DNA of 62,975 nucleotides, the filler included, from a bacterium (GTDB lineage: Bacteria > JBBIVP01), in the NCBI GenBank assembly GCA_037439705.1. It is 16 parts of 16 records of this genome, joined end to end, with 100 filler letters (N's around TTAATTAATTAA, not from the genome) between each part and the next. Parts side by side here need not be neighbours in the genome. Positions count along the whole stretch, not along the records: positions 16,939 to 21,056 come from JBBIVP010000181.1; positions 21,157 to 25,263 come from JBBIVP010000182.1; positions 25,364 to 29,439 come from JBBIVP010000183.1; positions 29,540 to 33,425 come from JBBIVP010000184.1; 12 more parts are not named here. One strand, 5' to 3'. The notes under the pieces were generated by a model. That model had not been told where the DNA came from. It was given only the letters and a program-made list of their open reading frames with translations, and ran no database searches. The position numbers and the translations under genes were made by a program. Positions 19,274-30,675 of the stretch are shown here, piece after piece (position 1 is the stretch's first letter; every line of letters begins with the position of its first letter).

Positions 19274-20806
19274 TTACTTTTTCTTTATGAGAGCCGGAAG
19301 AAGTTTTATGTCAATTTCAAAGGTTTCATCAGGTTTTATCTCAACTGCCTTTTTAAACGGAACATAACCTTCAGCAAAAACATTTAGAATGTAACTTCCG
19401 GGTTTGAGGGAAGCCAAAAAATCTCCATTACGGTCGGTGGAAACAGGTTGAATTCTGGGGGGTTCAAAGGAAATAACTGCTATGAGCGGATTTCCGTCAA
19501 GGTTGGTTACCTTCCCCTTTATGTATCCTAAAATTATCTTCTTCTTTAACTTTATCTTATACTTCTTTATTCCCTCCTCCACAGAAATCCGGGTAGAAAA
19601 ATCCTCGTATCCTTTCGCCCTTATTCTTACTGAAACTGTGCTTCCAACTGGAAAATTGTAAGAATCAACCTCTCCATCTGAATCGGCTACAAGGGAGGTC
19701 AATGAAAACTCGGGAAAATCTATTATGGCAGGAACTCCCTGATTTGTATCGCTGTCAACAATTTTCAAAGAAAAAGCCGATTTTGGAGGTTCAGGTGGTT
19801 TTGGGGGGACCTTTGGAGGAATTATAATTGTATCAATTGGAAGCCTTGTGAAAGAGATACCAACTCCCACAAACCACGGAGGATAGACATAGAATTTCCT
19901 TCCATCAGGCTGAAGAAGATGGACTCTATTCATAAAAGCCAGTTCTGCCCCGAGGTCAATTGATAGAGCTCCTCTTGGAGTTATCTTCAGACCAAAAGAT
20001 AATCTCTGCGGATTGTCGTTCCAGCCAAAAGCAGTATCCTTATCGTTGTCCACATCAAGGACCTGTTCTTTTGAGTATTCAATAAATGGAGTAAAATACT
20101 TCGTTGGAAAATCAAACCCAAAAACCCCTGCTACATAGGGGTCTCTTACAACACCGAGCATGTATTCATGAAAGGACATTCCTTCCACAGAAGAAGGTGA
20201 ATAAAATGGGGCTCCCTTTGAGGCTGGAATCAGGTTCTGACTTCTGTCGTGCATGTAACCAATGTTTATGTGAAACCTGAACGGGATTCCATAAGGTCTT
20301 TTAAAGTCAAAAGACCATATAAGAAATCCACCACCACTAAGCGTATTTGGTTCAAACCCTGCTCCCTTAAGCGAAGAGAGCATCCTCAAAACCCCTTCAA
20401 ATCCAATCCCGAGAACGCTCTCTGTAAGAAGACTGAACTTCAAACCCATATTGAAATCACCAGCCCTGTAAACAGTGGATTTTCCTCCTTCATCCGAATC
20501 CAGAACCCCTTTTCCAGCGGTAGTCCAGAAAAACAGCTCAGACCAATCTGAAGTTCCTATTCCAAGGGAAAGTATGGAATCAAAAATGTAGGAATCAGAA
20601 TTAGCCTTCCAGTAGTTATAAAAGTTATGAGTCTGATTGAAGAAAAACCTGACTCCTGCTGAAAAACCATACTTTCCAAGGGTATCTGCGGTCTTTGTCC
20701 TCCATATTCCTGTATCTCCTGTGAAAGAAGGGGTTAATAGAGCAATAGAATTTAATGGCAAAAAAATAATCACACTTACCATTCCAACTTTTAAGATCGT
20801 CTTCAT
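19274..20806 (-). CDS. outer-membrane beta-barrel + Pro linker + carboxypeptidase-regulatory/PEGA-like domains
   Basis: Signal peptide, alternating aromatic strands, PPKVPPKPPEPP linker, two A.GY beta-sandwich repeats. Confidence 0.65.
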   Translation of the reverse strand: MKTILKVGMVSVIIFLPLNSIALLTPSFTGDTGIWRTKTADTLGKYGFSAGVRFFFNQTHNFYNYWKANSDSYIFDSILSLGIGTSDWSELFFWTTAGKGVLDSDEGGKSTVYRAGDFNMGLKFSLLTESVLGIGFEGVLRMLSSLKGAGFEPNTLSGGGFLIWSFDFKRPYGIPFRFHINIGYMHDRSQNLIPASKGAPFYSPSSVEGMSFHEYMLGVVRDPYVAGVFGFDFPTKYFTPFIEYSKEQVLDVDNDKDTAFGWNDNPQRLSFGLKITPRGALSIDLGAELAFMNRVHLLQPDGRKFYVYPPWFVGVGISFTRLPIDTIIIPPKVPPKPPEPPKSAFSLKIVDSDTNQGVPAIIDFPEFSLTSLVADSDGEVDSYNFPVGSTVSVRIRAKGYEDFSTRISVEEGIKKYKIKLKKKIILGYIKGKVTNLDGNPLIAVISFEPPRIQPVSTDRNGDFLASLKPGSYILNVFAEGYVPFKKAVEIKPDETFEIDIKLLPALIKKK

Positions 20807-21156
20807 TTTCTTACTTTAAATATAATTGATTTTTACCATATAGTCAAATTCATTCCTCTTTCGGGTTAAGAGATAGTATCCAGGGGTGTAAGGTGATGAA
20901 AAATCATTATACAATGAAGCACATTGGCGGTTTCCATCCCCTGTCGGAGATTATGAGGTTGGGAACAGCAGGCATTCTTAGGGGAAAGGGGTTGAGTCCG
21001 GGCGATTGATTCAGCAAGAGGATATTTTGAGGGCACGAATGCGGCGGGGGAGGAGGNNNNNNNNNNNNNNNNNNNNNNNNNNNNNNNNNNNNNNNNNNNN
21101 TTAATTAATTAANNNNNNNNNNNNNNNNNNNNNNNNNNNNNNNNNNNNNNNNNNNN

Positions 21157-21488
21157 CCTCTGCTGGAGGGATCAGACCCGGATTTGGACTTGGCCTTTAT
21201 TGCATCAGTAAGGCAGGATTGATAATGATGACCAGGGTTCTTGCCTCAGAATGGGGATATATGAACATAAGGGTAAACGCAGTTGCTCCAGGGGTCATAA
21301 AAACAAAGATGAGTGAAATTCTTGTTTCAACAGAAGAAATAGTTCAGGAAATAGAAAAAAATACTGCCCTTCATCGTATAGGAGAACCTGCGGATGTGGT
21401 TGGAGCAGTAGTTTTTCTTGCGTCAGATTCAGCATCCTATATTACAGGGCAGACCATAGTGATTGATGGTGGAGGGGTATTTTTGTAA
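21157..21488 (+). CDS. short-chain dehydrogenase (SDR), C-terminal part
   Basis: YCISK, IRVNAVAPG, YITGQTIVIDGG. Confidence 0.92.
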
Positions 21489-21522
21489 TAAACCTTATTG
21501 GTTTATATAAAATTTGATGACC

Positions 21523-22452
21523 ATGAAATCTCAGGTTTTATTCACAGATGCAAAGTTTGAAAAGGGAAAGGGTGGACTCGGCCAAAAATGGGAACTTCTC
21601 ATTCAAAAAAGCGAGTTGAAAAAAGTTATAAAAAAAGGCGATAAAGTAGTAATAAAACTCCACATGGGAGAAAGAGGAAATGTTAGATACATTCGTCCAT
21701 ATTATGTGAGACTTCTTGTGAAAAAGGTAATTGAGATGGGAGGTGAACCATTTTTATATGATACAACTGTGATCTACAGGGGAGCGAGAGAAACAGTCGA
21801 AAGTTATCTTGAAACTGCAAGAGACAATGGATTTTCAGAAGAAACCATGGGCTGTGCTATAATCATTGAAGATGAAAAGGATGGTGTAGAGGTGGAAGTT
21901 CCTTATCCCTTTCGTCTTAAAAAAATAAAAGTCGGAAAGAAATTGCTTGAGGCGGATGCGTTGATAAACCTTGCCCATTTTACATTTCACATGCAGTTTC
22001 CGTTTGGTTCAGCAATAAAAAATCTTGGTATGGGAGGAGTTTTGAAAAGTTCAAAAGAGGAAATGCACAAGGTAAAGGGAACAAAACCGAGGGATTTAGG
22101 ATTGTGGGAGGCAAACATTGATGGAGCAAAGTTCATAATAAACCATTTCAAAAACAAAATTTATCACTTCAACCTCATCATTGATGTAACCCCTGATTGT
22201 GATTGCTTTTCAAAGTGTAATATTCCGATAGTTCCTGATATAGGAATAGCAGGCTCTTCAGATGCACTCGCACTGGATAAGGCTTCATGGGATTTTGTTA
22301 ATTCAGCACCACTTTATCCGAGATTTTCTGAGGAGAAGCATAATGACAAATTAAAAATTTTAAAAAGGGAAGAAATGGACCCAGAACTGTTTTTCTCAAG
22401 ATGTGTAGATGCAGGAATTGGAACGGCGGATTATAATCTTTTAAAAATATAA
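21523..22452 (+). CDS. DUF362-family Fe-S protein
   Basis: IKLHMGERGN, AIKNLGMG, PDCDC, PDIGI..S.D..ALD.AS. Confidence 0.85.
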   Translation: MKSQVLFTDAKFEKGKGGLGQKWELLIQKSELKKVIKKGDKVVIKLHMGERGNVRYIRPYYVRLLVKKVIEMGGEPFLYDTTVIYRGARETVESYLETARDNGFSEETMGCAIIIEDEKDGVEVEVPYPFRLKKIKVGKKLLEADALINLAHFTFHMQFPFGSAIKNLGMGGVLKSSKEEMHKVKGTKPRDLGLWEANIDGAKFIINHFKNKIYHFNLIIDVTPDCDCFSKCNIPIVPDIGIAGSSDALALDKASWDFVNSAPLYPRFSEEKHNDKLKILKREEMDPELFFSRCVDAGIGTADYNLLKI

Positions 22453-24556
<2,104 letters not shown>

Positions 24557-24616
24557 AGTAGTATATCTAAAATTATTCGTTAGAACTATGTTTTAACTGA
24601 AAGTTTTCAATTTCTC

Positions 24617-24645
24617 TTGACATTTATTTTTTGTTTTTTTATTAT
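24617..24645 (+). promoter_or_regulatory. sigma70 promoter TTGACA-17-TATTAT for flp
   Basis: Consensus -35; leader with SD GGAGGTG. Confidence 0.7.
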
Positions 24646-24672
24646 TACCAAAAATTATTGGGAGGTGATGAG

Positions 24673-24885
24673 ATGAAAAAGTTGGTGGAAAGGTTTTTCA
24701 GGGATGAAAGCGGGCAATCAATGACGGAATACATCCTCATAACTGTTCTTGTTGCCATAGCCCTTATAGGAGCGTGGAAGCTCTTCGGGCAGAAGCTATT
24801 CAATCTTATAAAGGGTTCTGCACAGGAGATTGAAAAGATAGACCCGGGAAAAGGCAGTAAGGCCAAAGATTATCCATTCAAATAA
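24673..24885 (+). CDS. flp: Flp/Fap type IVb pilin
   Basis: RDESG|QSMTEY followed by a hydrophobic helix. Confidence 0.9.
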   Translation: MKKLVERFFRDESGQSMTEYILITVLVAIALIGAWKLFGQKLFNLIKGSAQEIEKIDPGKGSKAKDYPFK

Positions 24886-24886
24886 A

Positions 24887-25263
24887 ATGCTCAAGAGCGA
24901 TAAAGGAAGTATCTCTCTTGAATTTGCAGTTGCCTTTCCACTCCTCTTCATCCTTTTTCTTGCCATCCTTCAGCTTTCCCTTTTGTGGAATGCAAAACAC
25001 ATTGTTTCGTATGCGGGTTTTGTTGGCGCAAGAACTGCATCTATCTATCCCTCAGACCTTGAAAGGGTTAAAAAATATGTGAGGAATGCTATCCTTCCAC
25101 TTATGGGCTTAAGGGAGATGTTTTTTGACCCGCTTGAGGTTGAGATAAAGAGAGAAGATAAAAGAGTAGAGAGACTGAACCCGGGTGATGAATTCGTGAT
25201 AGAAATCAGGTTCAAATACAGGCTTATCGTTCCCGTTGTGAATGTAATAATGGGAAGGAGGGA
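24887..25263 (+). CDS. TadE-like pseudopilin (3' truncated)
   Basis: KGSISLEFAVAFP..GAR.A. Confidence 0.88.
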
Positions 25264-25363
25264 NNNNNNNNNNNNNNNNNNNNNNNNNNNNNNNNNNNNN
25301 NNNNNNNTTAATTAATTAANNNNNNNNNNNNNNNNNNNNNNNNNNNNNNNNNNNNNNNNNNNN

Positions 25364-26458
25364 AATCTTTTTGTAGGGACCGTAAAAGAATGCGAGAGTG
25401 TAAATTTCTATTATGTCATGTATCTGGTCTAATCCAAAGTCAAGAAGAAATCCGTAAAGTTCATTGAGGTGATAAAGTTCTCCCGGGTTTCCCTCGCCAT
25501 TGAATCCTTTTGATATTTTTCCAAGAAATTCCTTTGATTGATTCAACATTTCCCCCTGAAGCCATATAGGAAGAGAGGCGGAGAACCGCTCAATCTCCTC
25601 CTCATATCCTCTTACTTCAAGAGTTCCTCCTATGTTCAGAAATATCTTATCAGTAGCATCAAGTATCCCGTTTGAATTTGTATCCTCATATTCAACTACA
25701 TAACCTTTTTTGAATGACCTCTGAGGTATAAGAGAAACCATACCGTGAAGCGCTCTTAAAGCACTTCCAATCTCTTCAGGCACTCTCTCAAACCTTTTCC
25801 TTTCATTTTCATCCGGGTTCCAGTTCAAAAAATTTGGATTATCATTAAACAGAAAACCAAGTGACCTCAAAATTCCAACTACACTTGATGTATCCATTCT
25901 TAAAAAACCATTTAAGAGAGAAACCGCATTAGCCTTGAGGTCATGTGAAAAAATCAGGTCAAAAACGGAGAGAAGAGAGTATTCCAGAAATCCTATCCCT
26001 CTCGCCTCAAGTTCTCCAAATATCTGCCCAAATGTTATTCTCGCTTTTATTGTATTTCCTATTTCAAGATATAATGGAAGGGTGAGGGAAATTTCGCAAA
26101 ATCCCCTTCTCTCCATCTGCTCGTATGAAACCATCATTTCTCTCAACCTGTTTTCAATTGGCAGAAGTGATTCCCTCAGAAAAACCTCTAATATGTCTCC
26201 ATATTCTTGAGGCATAAAACCTTTTATTTTCTCGTTTATTCCGTTTATGTCCCAGAAAACTCCCTGAAGTTCGGCGAGAAATATCCCGTAATGGGGTTCG
26301 CAATTCTTTTCATTTGCTATTTTCTTGAACTCCTCAATCGCTTTATCTGATTCTCCATTTTGCAGAAATTCTATACCCCTTTTCATTGTGCTTCCATAAT
26401 TGTCACCACACCCGAGGGAAAAGATAAACAACAAAAGAATTCCCTTCCCTTTTTTCAT
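25364..26458 (-). CDS. hypothetical lipoprotein with N-terminal TPR-like helices (3' truncated)
   Basis: Lipobox LGC; GIEFLQNGESDKAIEEF. Confidence 0.7.
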
Positions 26459-26499
26459 GGTTAAATTTTATAAAATTCTTAAGGAAAAATCAAAAAGTC

Positions 26500-26651
26500 G
26501 GCGTTCCTCAAAATAATTGAAATAAGGGCAACCATCCCTTACTTTTTAGTGAATGAAAGAAAAAAATTAAAAGGGGATGAGCAAGGTTACCACGATACCA
26601 AAAGGAGTATACACAATGAGGAGCAAAACAGCAATCATTACGGAATCCCCC
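26500..26651 (+). repeat. dispersed repeat C, copy 2 (MITE-like; imperfect IRs GGCGTTCCTCAA / GGGATTCCGTAA)
   Basis: Match to 17151-17316; abuts the AOR stop codon. Confidence 0.9.
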
Positions 26652-28406
26652 TTACATCAGTTTTTTCTTTATATGCTCAATTGTCTTTCTTATGTATTCT
26701 TCATTTATTTCTCCGAGGGCTGAGGGGGTTTGAAATATTTTTTTGGGAAGACGGAGATTATCAAATGAAAAGCCCTCTCTAAATTTGAACCTGTATTTTT
26801 CTTTATGAATGCTTTCTCCCAGTTTTTGAAGTTCAGATGGGGAAATATCAAATCCTGCAATTTTTAAGGCTTCCGATGTGATTTCTGGCGTATATATCCC
26901 TCTTGCAAAGTAACATATGACAAGGCATGTTAGAATCTGTCTCCATCCTTCTTCTTTGAGTATTGCGTCTCCCATTTCTTCCGGGGTAAGTCTCTGGTTT
27001 TTCTTGAGCATTTCCTGGTCTATGCTGTAACCTGCATTGTCAAGATGGCTGTGTCTTGCTCCAGCGAGATATCCTATATGACATCCGGGTCCTGTATGGT
27101 ATCCTGGCATTTCGTTTCCACCCATAGCAAGTGCGAAGTCCTTCCCTCCATATATAGAAGACGCATATTCTACACCTCTTCCAAGAGCCCTGTAAAATTC
27201 ATTTTCTCCTTTTAATATATTTCTTACTGCTAAAATGTAGGTTTGAGCGTCTCCCCATTTCAGTTCAAGTCCCATTGTTTCATTTTTTGATATGAGTTTT
27301 TTCTCGTAAGCTTCTGTCGCCCATGCAAGTATCACGCCCGTGCTCATTGCATCCATTCCAATTTTCTCCACTTCATCAAGAAGTTTGAGGAATCCTTCTG
27401 GGTCAAATATTCCAAGCATGGTTCCAAGAGCATATATTGGTTCATAGTCGTAGGAAATCATGGATGTCTTATAAAAATATGGCTCATCTTCGTAGGGTTC
27501 ACGAAGGGCTGCAATATGAATACACCCTGTAGGACAATGGGAACATGCAAGCCTTCTTCCGAGATAATTTTTTAAAATTGTTTCTCCTGATATTTTTTCT
27601 GCTTCTTCTGAACTTGATTGTGCAAGATTTTTCACTGGAAGGGCAGAGATTTTGTTCAAGGGCATGACATTCTCCGGAGTTCCGAGTTCATGATACTTTC
27701 TCATTGCTGGTGATTCTACAACCATTTTGAAAATTTTGTCATAGATTATTCTGTAATCCCTTCCTGAAGAAACAGGAAGCCATCTTTTTCCGATTACCAC
27801 CACCGCTTTAAGGTTTTTGCTCCCAAAAACTGCTCCGAGCCCGAACCTTCCGAAATGCCTGTATGTTTCCGTTGTTACACTGCTGTAGGTAATAAGCTTT
27901 TCACCTGCCTTTCCAATTCTCATAATAGTTCTCAAACCCGCTCCCCTCTCCCTTTCTCTTATTACCCTTCCTGTGGCAAAAGTGCTCATTCCCCACAGTG
28001 CGCTCGCATCTCTGAAAAAAACCTTATTTTCATCTATTACTATATAAACTGGTTTCTCTGCCTTTCCCTTTATAACTATTCCTCCATATCCTGCCATCCT
28101 TATGGCTATAGCGCTTCTTCCACCAGCATGGCTTTCTCCAAAATTTCCTGTATGTGGGGACTTGAAGGTTGCAATGGTTTTTGAAGCCACTGGAAATAAT
28201 CCATTCAATGGACCAACAGTGAAAATTATCGGATTTTCGGGAGATAATGGGTCAATTTTAGGAGGACATTCTTCAAACAGAAGTTGAATTCCAAGCCCAA
28301 TTCCACCAATCCATTTTTCAAAAAGGCATTCTCTTTCTTTTACATAAAAGGTCTTTTTGCTTAGGTCTATGTAAAGAACTCTTTTTAAAGGGTCTCTTTC
28401 AAGCAT
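26652..28406 (-). CDS. aldehyde:ferredoxin oxidoreductase family protein
   Basis: KSPHTG..GES.AGG, GAVFGSKNLKA, CSHCPTGC, DYE, GMDAMSTG. Confidence 0.93.
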   Translation of the reverse strand: MLERDPLKRVLYIDLSKKTFYVKERECLFEKWIGGIGLGIQLLFEECPPKIDPLSPENPIIFTVGPLNGLFPVASKTIATFKSPHTGNFGESHAGGRSAIAIRMAGYGGIVIKGKAEKPVYIVIDENKVFFRDASALWGMSTFATGRVIRERERGAGLRTIMRIGKAGEKLITYSSVTTETYRHFGRFGLGAVFGSKNLKAVVVIGKRWLPVSSGRDYRIIYDKIFKMVVESPAMRKYHELGTPENVMPLNKISALPVKNLAQSSSEEAEKISGETILKNYLGRRLACSHCPTGCIHIAALREPYEDEPYFYKTSMISYDYEPIYALGTMLGIFDPEGFLKLLDEVEKIGMDAMSTGVILAWATEAYEKKLISKNETMGLELKWGDAQTYILAVRNILKGENEFYRALGRGVEYASSIYGGKDFALAMGGNEMPGYHTGPGCHIGYLAGARHSHLDNAGYSIDQEMLKKNQRLTPEEMGDAILKEEGWRQILTCLVICYFARGIYTPEITSEALKIAGFDISPSELQKLGESIHKEKYRFKFREGFSFDNLRLPKKIFQTPSALGEINEEYIRKTIEHIKKKLM

Positions 28407-28408
28407 TT

Positions 28409-28804
28409 TTAATCCTTTTCCAGTTTTAAAACCCCGTATGGACAGTAGTCAACGCAGTAACCGCAGGCCACACATATCATCGGTTTGTTTGTTTCTGAAT
28501 CCCAGAAGACCGCTCCAATGGGGCAGGCTGAAACGCAATAGGGGCATCCGTTGCACTTTGAAGCCCTGAACACCACTCCTCCTCCTTTTCTTTTTTCAAG
28601 CGCTCCGGTTGGACACACATTGGCACAGGATGGGTCATCACATGCCCTGCACACAATTACAACAAATCCCCTCTCCATTCCCCCAACGGACCGAATAATT
28701 ATACAGGTTTTTGATAATCCACCCTCACCTGTTCTTCTTGAACAAGCAAACATACACGCTTCACATCCTATACACTTTTCGGTTTCAACCACCGAGAGTT
28801 TCAT
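28409..28804 (-). CDS. 4Fe-4S polyferredoxin subunit of AOR
   Basis: Four Cys-cluster motifs (DmsB-like). Confidence 0.9.
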   Translation of the reverse strand: MKLSVVETEKCIGCEACMFACSRRTGEGGLSKTCIIIRSVGGMERGFVVIVCRACDDPSCANVCPTGALEKRKGGGVVFRASKCNGCPYCVSACPIGAVFWDSETNKPMICVACGYCVDYCPYGVLKLEKD

Positions 28805-28807
28805 TTT

Positions 28808-29439
28808 TTACACCGCCATCAATCCGAGCTTTTGAATTTCTGAAAGGTCTTTTGATGTTTCATTTCCTTTGGTTGTCAGGTAATTTCCGAGTATGAATCC
28901 ATTTGCACCCGCTGAGAATATTTCCCACTGCCTTTCTCTGAGAACGAACTCTCTTCCACCGCACACTTTTATTATTGCCTGTGGATGAATGAGTCTGAAC
29001 GCACATATTATCCTCAATGCTTTTTCAACAGAAATGAGCTCCTTATTTCCAAGTGGGGTCCCTTTAATCGGATGTAGAAAATTTATAGGTATAATTGACG
29101 GTTTGATTTCCCTGAGGATAAATGCGAGTTCTACTATATCCTCATCGCTTTCGCCTATCCCGAATATTCCACCTGAACATAACTGAATGCCCGCGGATGA
29201 AAGTATTTTGAGGGTTTTCAATCTATCATTGAAGGAATGGGTGGTGCATATATTTTTAAAATAAGAGGGGGAGGTTTCAAGATTGTGGTTGTAATGGGCA
29301 ATTCCAGCATCTTTTAGCATTAAAGCTTTTTTTTCATCAATCATTCCAAGAGAGGCATCTACTTCCATATCAAGGTCTTTCCTTATAATACGAATTGCGG
29401 AAACCACCCTTTCCATTTCCGAAACAGTAGGTCCCTTTA
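28808..29439 (-). CDS. bioB: biotin synthase, C-terminal part
   Basis: YNHNLET, CSGGIFG.GE, PINFL.PI.GTP, GGRE, GNYLTT. Confidence 0.93.
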
Positions 29440-29539
29440 NNNNNNNNNNNNNNNNNNNNNNNNNNNNNNNNNNNNNNNNNNNNTTAATTAATTAANNNNN
29501 NNNNNNNNNNNNNNNNNNNNNNNNNNNNNNNNNNNNNNN

Positions 29540-29656
29540 TTTGAATAACTCGCTTATTTTTTCCATTATTGTGTTAAGCACGCCTTTCAGGTCAAGAACG
29601 GAGGTTAACGCCTTTCCTATTTCAACAAATACCTTGATGTTGTTCTTTTTGCCCAT
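29540..29656 (-). CDS. GAF-domain signalling protein, N-terminus (3' truncated)
   Basis: MGKKNNIKVFVEIGKALTSVLDLKGVLNTIMEKISELF. Confidence 0.65.
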
Positions 29657-29754
29657 TTTTCTTTTGTTTTTTATTCTTATATCAAAATCTCAAACAAGTT
29701 TCAATTTTTTTTAACTTGTTTGATAAAAGAAAAAAAATCTGTCAAAAAGATAGT

Positions 29755-30675
29755 ATGAGGAGAGAGCTCTTTAAAACGATAGCCTTCAAAACTGGAATAC
29801 TGGCAGGACTAATTTTTGTGTTTTTGAAATTCATTTCCTGTGGAAGGTCAGCACCTCCTGTAGCAAAGGATAAGCTTTTTCCTCAGAAGCCATCCATCAA
29901 AAGGGCAATATACAGGGATGGATTTTTGTTTCTTCTTTTCAAGATGGAAGAAGACCCTTATATTTCTTATTTTTCATTCATTGATAAATGCAGTAACAGG
30001 GAGGAAAGGGTTAAATTTATGAGAGGTGTGAATACATATCTGTTTTCCTTTCAGGTTGAAAGGGGATGCGAAGTTTTTGTTTCAGCAAGGAACAAATATG
30101 GTAAGGAAGGGGGTGGAATTTTGCTGAAAATACCGGAGGAATTTCCCGAAAAGAAAGTGCCTGATTTTTCCCTTTCAAGGTTTTTAAACAGCGTTGAGAT
30201 TTTCTTTGAGAATCCGGGAATTTTGAACATATACAGAAATGATGATGTAATGCCGTTGAACGATAAGCCATTAAGCGGTCAAAGTTTTACAGACCACAAT
30301 GTGGAATCGCTTAAAGGATATAGATATACATTGAGGACGGTTTATTATATGAATGGAATAGAGGTGGAGGGGGAGCCTTCTCAGTGGAAAGAAGTTTTAC
30401 CGGCTAATTTTATAGTCCTTTCTCCTCCTGATGAATTGAGGGTGAAAAGGGAGGGCAAGAGATTGATAGCGGAATGGATGCCAGTTATAGAAGAGGGACT
30501 CCTGGGTTATAATTTTTATGTCTATTCAAAAGGAAAAAGTATAAAAATTAATGAAAGCCCGTTGAAGGAAAACCGTTTTGAATTTAGCACGGAATTGAAA
30601 GTTGAAAAAGTTGGAGTAAGTTCAGTTAATAAAAGTGGAGTGGAAGGAGAGATAAGATGGGTAAAGATAAAGTAG
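29755..30675 (+). CDS. lipoprotein with fibronectin-III-like domains
   Basis: ISCG..APP lipobox; FTD..V...Y.Y; GYNFY; VNKSGVEG. Confidence 0.75.
   Translation: MRRELFKTIAFKTGILAGLIFVFLKFISCGRSAPPVAKDKLFPQKPSIKRAIYRDGFLFLLFKMEEDPYISYFSFIDKCSNREERVKFMRGVNTYLFSFQVERGCEVFVSARNKYGKEGGGILLKIPEEFPEKKVPDFSLSRFLNSVEIFFENPGILNIYRNDDVMPLNDKPLSGQSFTDHNVESLKGYRYTLRTVYYMNGIEVEGEPSQWKEVLPANFIVLSPPDELRVKREGKRLIAEWMPVIEEGLLGYNFYVYSKGKSIKINESPLKENRFEFSTELKVEKVGVSSVNKSGVEGEIRWVKIK

Noticed and set aside
20850-21056. GC-richer, G-rich non-coding stretch at a contig end
   Set aside because: No convincing ORF, RNA motif or second copy in the window
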